Position numbers and translations under genes: made by a program. Shown one piece after another: positions 43,666 to 56,500 of a DNA stretch of 64,000 nt (position 1 is its first letter; each line of letters starts with the position of its first letter). Source of the DNA: Octopus vulgaris (taxonomy: Eukaryota); the NCBI GenBank assembly GCA_951406725.2, contig OX597814.1, positions 91,512,001 through 91,576,000 on the forward strand, written 5' to 3'. The notes under the pieces are model-generated. The model had not been told where the DNA came from and ran no database searches. It saw only the letters and a list, made by a program, of their open reading frames with translations.

Positions 43666-45739
43666 GTGTGTGTGTGTGTATGTGTGTGATGTTTAATGGA
43701 TGGTGGAATGATAAAGTATTTGAGTATCTGATAGAAACGTGTACAAACTTGTATATTAAATCTAATTGCTTGCTCGTTTTCCTACGTCTGGCATTCCATT
43801 TTATTTTCTACTTAAACAGAATTAATTTTGTTGCACTCACGTCTAGACTCATTCATAAGTAGGCTTATTAATTGTAATCTTATACTGCATAAGCCAAACA
43901 GGTTGATGTAATTGTTACTATTTCTAAATGTCTACATGTATAAATAGGTATAGTAATATATCACATTTCGTTAATTGCTGCGTGAATCATTAGATACGAT
44001 TGACGAAGAATATCATTTGCATCCTGTATTTGAGATTCTGTATTGTGAGTTGTATTACATTGCTGCTTAACTAGGTAGAAATTGGGCACAATAAAATAGT
44101 ATAACATATAGTAAAATCTAATATGTCTCATAGTAGAAAACCGTGCAGTGTTGTAAGTAATTTTAAAGTGGTGATATGGAATCATTTCTTTTGGGTGTGC
44201 TTCGAAGGGGAATGTACACGCTTCAAGTAGGACTACTTCTTCACGAACGGGTATGAAGCAGTAAGTTGGAGTTTAGACCGTTGTCGATTACCATCGTTGA
44301 TGATCTCATCTCTAAGCTATCTCGAAAGCTATTTGAGCTTACAATGAGAGGATATTTTCATAGTACTAATGGAGGTTGCAAGCTCATTAATATTGTGGTA
44401 TTTAGCCTGTAGTAGATAATCTAATATGCAAATACAGATAGAGCTAGCAGGAAATTTATGGTAATCTAAGGGAAATACATATGCTCTGCTTTTACAGTTC
44501 CTTTTGGTAGAATAAGAATTAATCTGTATAATAATTACATGTATCCCCTTGCAACTCAGAAGTATTAGAAGTCACAATGATGACCTATCTCTGACCGACA
44601 GGTAAAAACGGTTTATAATTACGGATGCCTTTGTTCTTTGGACACATGATTCAGAGTTAGATCCAGCTTATATTTGTTATCGTTAAATCAGCACTTTTGT
44701 ATCACTTACTTCACGTAAGCCACAAAGTTTGTTATTTTCTCTTTATATTTTCTCTTTATAATAATCCGCGCCCACAGAAGAATCCAAATTCATACTCTGA
44801 TATTAAGAAATAACATAGCTGATGTTGTTTAGACGGGCGAGACATTTCATTGTAACGCAAAAGACCTGACGACGTATACGTATTCCACTCATGTATAATC
44901 TACATATATATTCCAGTCATGTATAATTCCACATCCAAAGAACAAACAATACTGAATAACAGTAACTGTTGGCTAACCAATTAGAGGAATTTTACGCATG
45001 ATGACAAAAGACAAGATGAATATGGAATTTAAATATGAATTCGAAGTGTACCATGCATGAACTAGTTGTTATCGACCTCAATAAGGCGTGAACAACTTCA
45101 TAGTCATCGCTGTCTTCTTGTTCTGTACGAACCATTTATTTCATTTAATTACCAGTGTCACTGGCTAGCTAATGGATTTCAAGTTTTTCCGCACTGTTTA
45201 TGAAGATCATATCTAGAAGGTTATGAAGGTTATAAATAGAAACTAGATATTACGTTTCACAGCGAAGATGAAAATAGATATTTATAGGCGCATACGTTTT
45301 CAAGGACATAAATAACATATGAACATGAAGTATTTGAAACACCTGTAAAACGTTGTCTGGAGAAAACATGCTCTAGACTTCTGTTTGTATGATCTTCTTA
45401 TAAATGAGAAACACACTGATTAACTAAGTATTAGATAAATAAGAGGGTGAAAATAGAAAAATAGAGAATTTTTGATGAGCATTTACGTCCGTAGTACATT
45501 CCTAGTATCTCCAAAGCAGAAATTCAGCGTAAAGACGTCTCACGAGAATAAAGCAACATTAAAAACAACTGAAGCCCACATACACCGACGAATATAAACC
45601 ATAAATGAATCTTATTAAATGCTGTGTTTTTCTCCTTCAATTTCTCTGCCACAAAGAAATTATTCGGCAGATATAGATAACTGTGATAATTGTGAAACTA
45701 CCATTATCTTCATAAATCTTCAATGGAAAGTATAAATTA

Positions 45740-45843
45740 TTTTTTTCTACTCTAGGCACATGGTTCGAAATTTTGGGGGAGGGGCAGTCTATTAAATCGA
45801 CACGAGTACACAACTCGTACTTAATTTATCGATCCTTCGGCAG
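45740..45843 (-). mobile_element. 5'-truncated SINE family C copy with an 18-bp target-site duplication
   Basis: aatggaaagtataaatta occurs at 45722-45739 and 45844-45861. Confidence 0.75.
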
Positions 45844-46200
45844 AATGGAAAGTATAAATTAGTCGATGCTTATTCATAAGATTCGCAGCACAGTTTTCAC
45901 ACTAAAACTTATATCAACATATATCAGCCGCCTTTGTGTATGTATACAATATACAGTTATACAAAAGTTCATAGACACATGGACATGCATTCAAATTCAC
46001 ACGCAGGGAACACACAAGAGAGGAATAGTTACATATATAAGAGTGTGGGTGAGTCTGTGTAAAAGGCAGTGTTGTTGATGGGAATACATACAAACATATA
46101 TACACACACAATGCATAATATTCTAGTTTTTACATTTGGATTCATAGTTCGACGGTATTTCTATTTTTTCATATAAATTACGTGTGTGTATGTATGTATG

Positions 46201-46267
<67 letters not shown>

Positions 46268-46272
46268 ATATG

Positions 46273-46600
46273 ATGACGCCCTTCGGTCAGACACTGACCA
46301 TGGGTTTGCACTTAGAGAGTTACCCTCTGAGGCACAAGTCTGGGCAAGGTTGTTTTATGGAAGACCAGCAGTCGCCCATGCATACCTGCCTCCCCTCTCC
46401 ACGTCACCGATGTTGCCCAAGGGAAAGGCAAGGGCCGATACAGCTTGGCACCTGTGACGTCGCAACTCATTTCTACAGCTGAGTGAACTGGAGCAACGTG
46501 AAATAAAGTGTCTTGCTCAAGAACACAACACACAGCCCAGTCCGGGATTCGAGCTCACAACCTCACGATCGATGCTCTAACCACTGAGCCACGTGCCTTC
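46273..46600 (-). mobile_element. SINE family B, long copy
   Basis: Reverse complement of 10400-10627, extended at the 3' end. Confidence 0.85.
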
Positions 46601-46970
46601 ACGCAATGTATATATATATATACATATATATATATATGTATGTATGTACATATATACGCACACACAAGCACCCGCCCACACACTCACACATATATATATT
46701 TCACGAACTATAACTATAAATAAAGCAAAAAGATATTTGAACATTAAGTTAAGGCTGTATTGAAATATAATTGCTAAAATATTCACCACGCTTCTTTCTT
46801 TAGTTTTATGAAGCCTCTTCGTTTCAACTATATTCAATTTTCCGCTTATTATTCTTTCTAAATCTAATATCGTTTCTAAATTGGTCTCATTAAATAACCT
46901 TACCTGAAAAGCTGAAAAGATATTCTCAACTGTTATTGGGAAGTAATTAGACATGTAATATATATACATA

Positions 46971-47034
<64 letters not shown>

Positions 47035-47036
<2 letters not shown>

Positions 47037-47235
47037 ATTTGTTTCAGACGACGGCTATGCTGTACAAACGCCTTTAGTCGAGTAAATCGATCCCAGGACT
47101 TAGTATTCATAAGCCTAGTACTTATTTTATCGGTCTTTTTTGCCGAACCGCTAGTTTACAGAAACGTAGACACACTAGCATCAGTTGTCAAGTGATGTTG
47201 GGGGAGGGGACAAACACAGACAAACAAACGTATAC

Positions 47236-47294
<59 letters not shown>

Positions 47295-47400
47295 AGTGTG
47301 TGTGTGTATATGATGGGCTTCTTTCAGTTTCCGTCTATCAAATCCACTCACAAGGCTTTGGTCGACCCGAGGCTACAGTAGAAACACAATCACTCCTGCG

Positions 47401-47402
<2 letters not shown>
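47035..47402 (-). mobile_element. SINE family A, internally deleted
   Basis: Reverse complement of 24512-24900 with the tRNA-like part deleted. Confidence 0.8.
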
Positions 47403-47443
<41 letters not shown>

Positions 47444-48044
47444 CTGAGTAAGCACGTAAATATGAAGCAAGGTGGAAAAAAAGCATACTTAAATACCAGA
47501 GGTAGAGTAATATACTTTGTTTAGAAGCAGCAGAAATATAACAAAAGACGAACGGGAACGTCAAAATCTGTGTAACAGCTTTTGATATATTTCTGCTGCT
47601 TTTAAATAAAGTAGCTATATATATATATATACTTCTAATGTAGGATAAATTTTTTTCCAATAATACCTGTTCTGCTAAAATCGAGGAAAGAAAGATAACG
47701 GAATTAAAAAAATATTTTATCTCTATATTGAATCAATTTGGGGATTAATCCAACGGATTTTCCCCTCATCAGAAGAGAATACGATAAGAAATAAATTTAA
47801 TACTTACAAGCACCCATGGAAAAAAGCAGAAGTAATAGTCATGAGTATACATAAGTACCCGAGATATACCATTGACCAGTCTCGAAGTGAATGGTAATAG
47901 ATTTACTTCTAATGTTGGATAAAATTTTTTTTCCAAAAATTTCATTAAGTGGCCAGCATATTAAAATACCTTTAAAGTTATATTCACGGTGATGTATGTA
48001 TTGTATATGGTGAATGACGATTTAAAGTCTATGTCTCAGCATCC

Positions 48045-48382
48045 TTTTATTTGTTTAAGTTATTTGACAGCGGATATGCTGGGCCTTTACTCGAATAAAT
48101 CGACCCTAAAACTTATTCTTTGCAAGCCCAGTACTTATTCTATCGGTCTGTTCGACGAATCACTAAGTTACGGGGACTGAAGCACACCAACATCGTTCGT
48201 CGAGCTATAATGGGGGTACCAACACAGACACACAAACACACGTATATATGTATACATGTCTACCAAATCCACTCAAGGCTTTGGTCGGCCCGAGGCTATA
48301 GTAGAAGACACTTGCCCAATGTGCCACACCGTGGAACTGAACCCGGAACCGTGTGGTTGGTAAACAAGCTACTTACCACACG
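48045..48382 (-). mobile_element. SINE family A
   Basis: Reverse complement of 24525-24900. Confidence 0.85.
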
Positions 48383-48453
48383 TGTGTAGACGTGTCTGCA
48401 TGTGCGTATATAAATACGAGCGTATATGCATACATACACACACACATACATAA

Positions 48454-48558
<105 letters not shown>

Positions 48559-49047
48559 TTACTTTCTAAGATGCAGCCAGACGTTTTGTCAGTGAACAGG
48601 TTGCGGTTTCATGGGGACGAAAATATTTTGACACAAATTAAATTTAAGTCTTGCGGTCAAAATAACGATTTTTCTGTGTTCTTAAATGGCTTACAAACAT
48701 CTCCCACGCTGCAAATGTGTGTGTATGTATATATATATATATATATATATACACGCACGCGTGCACACACAGAGATAGGGACATTGCTGACGCTATAAGA
48801 ATTTTATAAATTTTTGTTAGATCATGAAATAATTGCGTTGAAATATTGGATCACGAAACACATAACAAGAGCATACAAATAACAGCATGTAAATATCGGG
48901 TTGAAAAACATATTTGGATAGAAAATAAATCGAATATCGTCGACATTTGTCTGGTCCAACGTGTTTTTCTACCCAAAATTTAATGACTTTTATTCATATC
49001 TTGATGTCATATGCATCAAGGATTCAGTGTTCAAAAACAGATGTATG

Positions 49048-49108
<61 letters not shown>

Positions 49109-49249
49109 GTGTGTCTATATGTTTGTGTATGTATATATGTATATGTATATATACACATATACAAACATACACTCACATATACGTAATTCTTTCTGCGAAC
49201 TGGATCTCGCAGTACAGAAATGCTACGAATAATTTAATGTGAATTTGGA

Positions 49250-50620
49250 TTGTAAAACAGAGTTAAGATGACTCGAGGAAACAGGCTTCGTATGACTAAA
49301 CCAGATACATTTCTCGTCCCTACGTTGTTGCATATGTGTAACTTTGAAGTGCGGAAGAATAAGGGAAAATGAAAGTTGGTATTATCGGAATGATATGGAT
49401 GACGTTGGCAACAAATGTATGTTGATCATTGACTTGTACAACTGAACTTGTAATCGAAGAGAAATCAGGTAGTTGTTGGAAATTTGTATGCAAGATAGTT
49501 GTAAATTTAAGTAATATCAGGAAAAAACCATTGAGTTAGTAAATTTATTTTCGTCAAGATCTGAATGATATTGAATGTAGGGGAGTAGGTCTCTATGAGA
49601 ACTGGATCTACGGAAGCAGTAAAGATATTCATTAACAGGAAAGTGAGATCCGTATTGCAGGAAATTTTATTAGTAATGGCTGTTTTCTTAATACATGAGG
49701 TAATGGAACTGAGGACAACAAGGCAGGACTGTTCTTTTGGGACATCGAGCATAGTTAACTTTTTTTAATGACCAATCTATCTATTTGAAAGAAAAAAGAG
49801 ATTCGTTTAGTGAATTTGAGGACTAGATCTGTGGCGTAGTGTTGTGGGTAACAGAATGGACATTGTCAGGATCTATAACTTCTGAAGTGGCCGGATGAAC
49901 TTTAGTGGTAAGCACGGTAGATATTTTGTTGGAGTAGAAATAGGGAGATTTATCTATTGTGCACAGTGAAGATTTGGATGAACAATATAATAGTCCTGTA
50001 TTCATTGCTCCTCGGCTGAAGAACTGCACACGAGACCACCATGGTTAAAAAGTAAAGAGAGAAGTATTCCGTAAATTTGGTGGAGACAACAGTGTCACGC
50101 AATCAGAAAGGCTTGATACAATTTTTTTTTAAGTGGAATAGCTTGAAAACTTTATAATGTATGGAGGTAACTTATGCAGTTCGGACGATGATCTTACAAG
50201 AATTGTTGCTGACCGGTGTGGGTGAAGCGTGATATTTATTTCGAGATGTTTGGGATCTTAATTTTTGACTGAACAACAATAGCGTTTTGAGATATTTTTC
50301 TGTGAGATGTGGAAGGTCATGTCTGAAATAATGAACTTAATGACACAACTGCTTTCGATGAATCAGCGGAAGTGCTCATGTAATGCCTTCTCTGAATGGC
50401 ACAAAACTTGTGGATTTCCATCCATCCAACAGACATGAAGTGTCATACTGACGGAGTGCAACATGTGATATATTGTGTGTGGATGCGTGCAGTGTAGGGT
50501 GAATAAGGAGGTAGAGTAAGAGTTCAGACAAGTTTAAATTGTTAGTATTTTGCAGAACCGAGTATAGGGACATGAAAATAGGTTGATATAATGTCGCAGA
50601 TCACAAAATATTCGGTTTGA
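49250..50620 (-). mobile_element. Degraded Penelope-like RT/EN relic
   Basis: Fragments LNLSELLL, CI..T...DL..L..F.AS.DPVL..T and GL.YCS....C....PYFYSN resemble PLE RT and linker segments. Weak. Confidence 0.35.
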
Positions 50621-51118
50621 ACACCGGTAATAATAGAGTATACATGTATATCAACGGTTATAAGGTGGGATGCGTGTATGTGATTGTGTGTGAATGTGAT
50701 AGAAATAAATACATTGCAAATAAAACGAGAATCGAAAATATTTCTTCCCAAAAAGTTTAGCAAAGAGATTAATAAAACGCAGTGTATGTGTATGTATGTG
50801 TGTTGTGTGCTTGTGTGTGTATCATATATACACACACTCACATTGATGATTCAAAATTATACAACATGAAAAATAAGCAAAAGATTATATAGGTATATAT
50901 TAGCGCCCCAGACAAAAGCAAAGGGAAAATTCTGCCTTTGTTTGGGAATACATTAAAAATGCGTGTGTATATTTACATTTAATATCGGTACGTGTATGTT
51001 TGTTCAACTTATATATACATACATATATATATGGGTGGATGCTACTGTAGTTTGTAGCCCCAGGAAGATATCTCCTCCAGCTGGCTATAGACACACTATC
51101 TGTGCCCTATCAGTATTT

Positions 51119-51177
51119 GTGATAGTCACACGCTGATGATAGGTAAACACCTTGAAACTCGAGTCCGTGCGTATCAT
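51119..51177 (+). ncRNA. Type I hammerhead ribozyme, copy 1
   Basis: cacacg CTGATGA(51133-39) t-aggt-aaac-acct-t GAAA(51154-57) c-tcga-g TC cgtgcg. The predicted cut is after C51165. Stem I has one mismatch. Confidence 0.8.
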
Positions 51178-51466
51178 AAGTTGAAGACGGGAAGGATGAC
51201 TTCCCTTCAAAAATACTGATAGGGCACAGATAGTGAGTCTATAGCCAGCTGGAGGAGATATCTTCCTGGGGTTACAAACTACAGTAGCATCCACCCTTAG
51301 GGGTTAACCATATTCAAATGGCAAATATCCGTCACGATGTGTTACCGCTACTGTTTATAACTCGCTCTGAGATTTATCATTGTTTGATTTCACTTTTTCA
51401 ATATCAGTGTCAATCGACACTGGAAAAAGTATATGTATTTGTGAGAGAAAACTGAATTCTCGTCGA

Positions 51467-51536
51467 CAACTATGATTGTCACACGCTGATGATAGGTAAA
51501 CACCTTGAAACTCGAGTCCGTGTGTATCATAAGTTG
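51467..51536 (+). ncRNA. Type I hammerhead ribozyme, copy 2
   Basis: caactatgat..cacacg CTGATGA(51486-92) t-aggt-aaac-acct-t GAAA(51507-10) c-tcga-g TC cgtgtg.atcataagttg. The predicted cut is after C51518. The proximal stem I is perfect and extended. Confidence 0.85.
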
Positions 51537-51732
51537 AAGACGGGAAGGATGACTTCCCTTCAAAAATACTGATAGGGCACAGATAGTGTGTCTATAGCCA
51601 GCTGGAGGAGATATCTTCCTGGGGCTACAAACTACAGTAGCATCCACCCTTAGGGGTTAGCCATATTCAAATGGCAAATATGCGTCACTATGTGTTAGCG
51701 CTACTGTTTATAACTCGCTCTGAGTTTTATCA

Positions 51733-51781
<49 letters not shown>

Positions 51782-51830
51782 GTATACATATATGTATGTA
51801 TACATGTATATATATATATATATATGTATG

Positions 51831-51888
<58 letters not shown>

Positions 51889-51890
<2 letters not shown>

Positions 51891-52480
51891 AAATGGGACA
51901 AGAACGCAAAACATCCGGACAGTCAGGTGATACAAATATGGGACAACAAATCATCCAGATAGACGATACAAAGGAAACAAGGACGGTTCATTCGAAGTTT
52001 TTTATCTTCATTTGAGTACCAGATTATCTTTGCAATTTCAGCTGATTATACTTGAGATTGCTTCATTGTGGCCAGCCCCAAGGAAAAACTATGCTAAGAG
52101 CATTAGACATAACAACTGGAGTCTTTCGACTAAGTACGAATTAAATTAAGCTGGTGTGTGTGGAAATGAAGCCTTACAGCACGGATACAAGATTTAACAG
52201 GTACAAGGAGGAATGTCGATGCTGCATGGACAACGACCAGACCAAGGAAGAAAGATCGGGCTAGGCCGAACGCCGGTCAGGTGGGAAGAGAAGAGAGAGA
52301 GGTAGAGGCAGACGGACAGAAGAATTAAGAAGGGACGAGAAAAAATGACAGGGACACGGTGGAGGGAAAAGTAGAGGAAAAGTGAGCAAGAAGAGAAGGC
52401 AAACAGATGTGAGAGAGGGGGAACCAAAGAACGAAGTGTAGAATGAACGAATAAGCGTGAAAGGGCTGATAGACAGAAAT
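51889..52480 (-). repeat. PLE-terminal-like repeat, same family as 59670-60759
   Basis: Reverse complement shares ttttgcgttcttgtccca, ttggggctggcca and gcaatctcaa with 59820-60005. Confidence 0.7.
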
Positions 52481-52538
52481 AGAGTCGTACAAGTTTTAGA
52501 AGAATGTATACTTACTTATAAGTGACCAAAGTACGCCG

Positions 52539-52578
<40 letters not shown>

Positions 52579-53232
52579 TTATAGAGCAGAAATGATTGTG
52601 GGACCCAAACTGAGATTCAAATGGATATCCTGTGCATGTTGCAGATGTCTGGAATCAATTTCCTTTCATTAAATATAAACCCACCTTAAACAACCATAGA
52701 TATATGAGAATATACACGTAAATAAACAAACTTCCTTTTAGTAACATTTCGCGGTGTTTTTGCGCTCCATTAAAACACTGCGTGTGAGTGCGTACTAGTG
52801 TATGTACTAGTGTGTGACCATGTGTGTGTATGTGCGTATGTGTTTGCTTGTGTGTGCGTATATATGTGTCTGTGAGTCCTTGGTTGCTTGTGTCTGTTTA
52901 TGAACAAATGCATATTTACAAATATCACAATGGTAGACATATTGCCGACAGCTATCACTACTGAAAGACAGGCCTTTTTCTTACTTATTTTTGTGGATGT
53001 TGAAGTAATATGTTTACTTAACACCAACCGTCGTACGCACTTTTTATATTGCAATTTTATCTTATTTATATTGACTTAGTATCATTACAATTATAACAGA
53101 AGTAAATGACAAAGAAAATTTTAAATGTTATAGAATGGGAAAATATAATGTTTCAAAATCCCGGAGAATGCAGGAGATAATTAGGTTGCAGCTTATTTCA
53201 ATTATTCAGAATCAGAATCAAAAGGATGAAGT

Positions 53233-53541
53233 TCATAAAAATTGGTTCGTCCTATCCTGTAGTTCGTCTCCCTCTTTGCAATTTGGTAAGCTACTTATAG
53301 TAGTTTTTCCATTTGATTGCTCTGCCAAGCTTGCACTTCCTGAAGAGTAAACATGTAAACGACTGCTCTGTTTTTTAAATTGTTTCTGATTCCTTATTCG
53401 ACTTCGAATAGACATCATGGCGACGACATCTGATTGTGACAAAAAGAGAGATGATGTACGAGAGCTTCTACGGCGCATGCTGTGTTTCATACTTCGACTG
53501 ATCATAAACCTTCGCCATTTTTTCGTGATCACAGACTGTAC
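53233..53541 (-). CDS. Terminal coding exon of a probable class B (secretin-family) GPCR: helix 8 and cytoplasmic tail
   Basis: Acceptor ttttctaatttctcatcttaaAG, then phase-0 VQSVITKKWRRFMISRS..., a Ser/Arg-rich tail and a stop at 53233-35. Class B receptors have a conserved intron between YCFLNGE and VQ..I.K.W.R. Upstream exons were not found in this window. Confidence 0.75.
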   Translation of the reverse strand, partial: VQSVITKKWRRFMISRSMKHSMRRRSSRTSSLFLSQSDVVAMMSIRSRIRNQKQFKKQSSRLHVYSSGSASLAEQSNGKTTISSLPNCKEGDELQDRTNQFL

Positions 53542-56500
53542 CTTTAAGATGAGAAATTAGAAAAATATATTCACACAATTTGAAAATACATTTTAAGATA
53601 AAAGAGTATATATTTTTGTTTTTCAAAGTAATATTCAATTTTTCTCTGTACATTTCAACCTAACTTTGTGGCGTTTCAAGCCTGTAATTTTGCCAAGATT
53701 TGATACTCCATATTTATAAAAGGAAATTATGCGTTTTCATATGAAAGATGTTGATAAAGTTAACGAGGAAATTAGAGTGATTATTTCCAATATCTAACAT
53801 TTAAAATTATCATTATTGTGTTAATTAATGAAAATTGAAAGATTGCAGTAGAAGCATTTTCAGTTGACTAAATCTTACAGGAAAAAAATGAAATAAAATC
53901 AGAAGAGAAGTTAATTTATGAACAGAATATTCCGCGAGTTCTGCAATTTTGCCATGATCATAGAAAGCAAAATACTTTTTCCAAAGAGCATAAAATTTGA
54001 ATATTTGCAAGACATTTTATTGTTCCAAAGTAGTCGAAATGTGTGGACTTAATTAGAAAGAAGGCAGTAGTAAAACGAAAACATTATTCACAAACGAAAA
54101 AAATGCTTTAAAAAATAAACTTATTCTAAGAGACGATCAAAGAACAAATTGTATGCAGGTCAAAATATTTTAAATCAATTTTTTTTTTAATTTCTGAAAT
54201 ATTACGACGTCATGCGAAAAGTTTTGCTGAATACGTTTTTTGAAAAATCTGATTTAGCTGCTGATTTTATTGTTGTTGTTACTAGAAAGTTACTTGGTTC
54301 CAGCAAGAACAACTAAAAAGCTAGATTGCGAATAAAATCTTCATATCATGTGAGCAGTGTACAATCTGAGTAGAAACATATAGTAAGAAAAGTGAGAGTC
54401 AACAACGATTTTAGTGTGAAATTTAGCATGAGAGTACGTGTCCACCAAAAGCCCAATACTCAGTCGCTTCCTAATCGTTATAGCCCTACAGACCATCACA
54501 GAGAAGTTTAAGACTGGTTTCTCATTGAAATTCTGATGCGCTAATGATTTATTCCTTAGAGCTGAATCTATTGGGAAATAGGAGAGGAAATTCCAGCCTT
54601 GGAATTTAATTTTATAATTGGCAGGCGTTCAGGAAAAGCTTGCAAAGCCGAAGATTTTAGTATGGCTGAAAGAAGACAAGAGATTAGTATCTTCAGACAA
54701 ATGGCTTGCCTCGAAAAGCAGTAAAGGAATAGGCATAATACCCAATGTGCGATACGGACATATATGAGATGTATTGAAATTACAGGCACACTCAGAGAAA
54801 GCGTAAGTTTCGTGTGTAATATACGCATGGGAACAGTACATAGTGTGATCACACAGGAAATAGCTTCTCTTAAATACCCTGAATGTACGAAAGGCAAAGA
54901 TGCCCCCGACAAAATTTTAATTCCGAACGTAGATATAACGGCGTGCTAAGCATTCTGTCATCGCCTTTCATTGCATTTACATTATACTGCTTTTCTTAAT
55001 GCTTATGCTTCTCTAAGTACATATTCCATGATTTTATTTCAGATTCTACTATCTATTGTAACTGTTTTCTAACTCAAAATGCTATAATTACTTCAGCATT
55101 AAAATAGTAAATTAAGAAAAATAACTTACGATATAAACTTCAAAAATTGCAAGTGCATAACGTATAAATTCCAGTCCATTTTATTTAGCTAAATACTATA
55201 ATCAATTCAATATAACCTTAAGTTAAGATAAAACAAGGGGCAACGATTAAAATAATAATTTAAATACTAATTATGGTTGACGGTGTTTGTAAACATGCAT
55301 CAATTAACTGTATTTGAATAGCAATTCATCTTTGCTGTATTCAAATAGCAATGTATCACAGGGCTTAATACCCCATTTTTTCTCACTGCCCATAGAAGTG
55401 TATTACGCGCACAACATTATAAAATCACCCAAGTTTATGGAGGCAGCTTCTACTTAGCCATATTATCTATTAGAAATGGCAACCAAGTATCCTTCTAATC
55501 ATAATTTAGTCTTGAATTAGGAAATACTACGTTAGTTAGTCTAATTCTGTATCTCCTCTCACCTTGCATAATATGAAACTTGAATAATATCCGAAATCCC
55601 GAGGCTTGCTAGCGCTACATCTAAGGTAATTGATGCTAATACATAAACTACATAGAAAATTTATTATGGGAAGTGAGTGAAAGAAATTGTTAACTAAAGA
55701 AAATTGTAAAGTATGACTTCCTTGATTCCTTTACTTGTGTGAATATTACTTCTAAGCATTCTTTTACTGCGGTAAAAAGAGTGAGGCAGAGTGACAGAGA
55801 GAGTGGGAAAGAAATAGAAAGAGAGACGAGCATTGTGTACATCTATTATTCGCAACGAGTGTCAAAGTTTATGTGTGTGTTCTCAAATGTGAAAGAGCTT
55901 GCATGTGTTTAGTTCTTCTCTTGATAAAAACAACGTTTTAAAATCGGTATAATTAAGCTTATTTGACCGAGGTGGCAGTATATCAAGGTAGCATGTGAAG
56001 AATTATAGAATTATTATTCTTTTATCCTTTTACCGCTGAATTGCAAGGCTCCCCACTAACGCACTTCACACTCGTAAGTTAAGTGCACATACTTATAAAT
56101 TGCTACCATGCAGTGTACAACTAACTTAGGAAATGTACACGTTGTAGAATTCTTGGGTATAATCAGTCTCATATTTATTTTCTCGAACTTGCAAATGATT
56201 ACTGTTGGAAGAAAGGTTCTGACAATGCAGTTGTCGAAGACTATTACGTAAATTTACTAATACGGTAATAATAATACCATTATGTCTTGAAGATATTGAA
56301 TTCAAATTATGCCTGACAATCTTTTCAAATTCAGATGTTGCTTGAAAGTAGGAAAACAATCAACAGAGCTATTAGATATTGTAAAATTAAACCCACAGCT
56401 CTGTTGTTTCTACAAACTCATTAACCGACATTAAATATTTAATAAGGATAAATAACCTATGTGGAAGCCCCAATGTGGTCCTTCCATTACTTCTTCGCGC

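Larger units (their letters stand above)
51033..51734 (+). mobile_element. ORF-less Penelope-type/retrozyme-like element: inverted arm plus two tandem hammerhead-bearing repeats
   Basis: Direct repeats 51119-51381 and 51472-51734 (period 353) differ by only a few substitutions. 51033-51118 is an inverted copy of 51211-51296 and 51564-51649. The element is inserted in (TA)n. Confidence 0.85.

Noticed and set aside
54690-54760. Minus-strand WVLCLFLYCFSRQ as the missing GPCR TM7 exon
   Set aside because: It lacks the NGE motif and a GT donor at the required phase-0 position, so it is probably chance.
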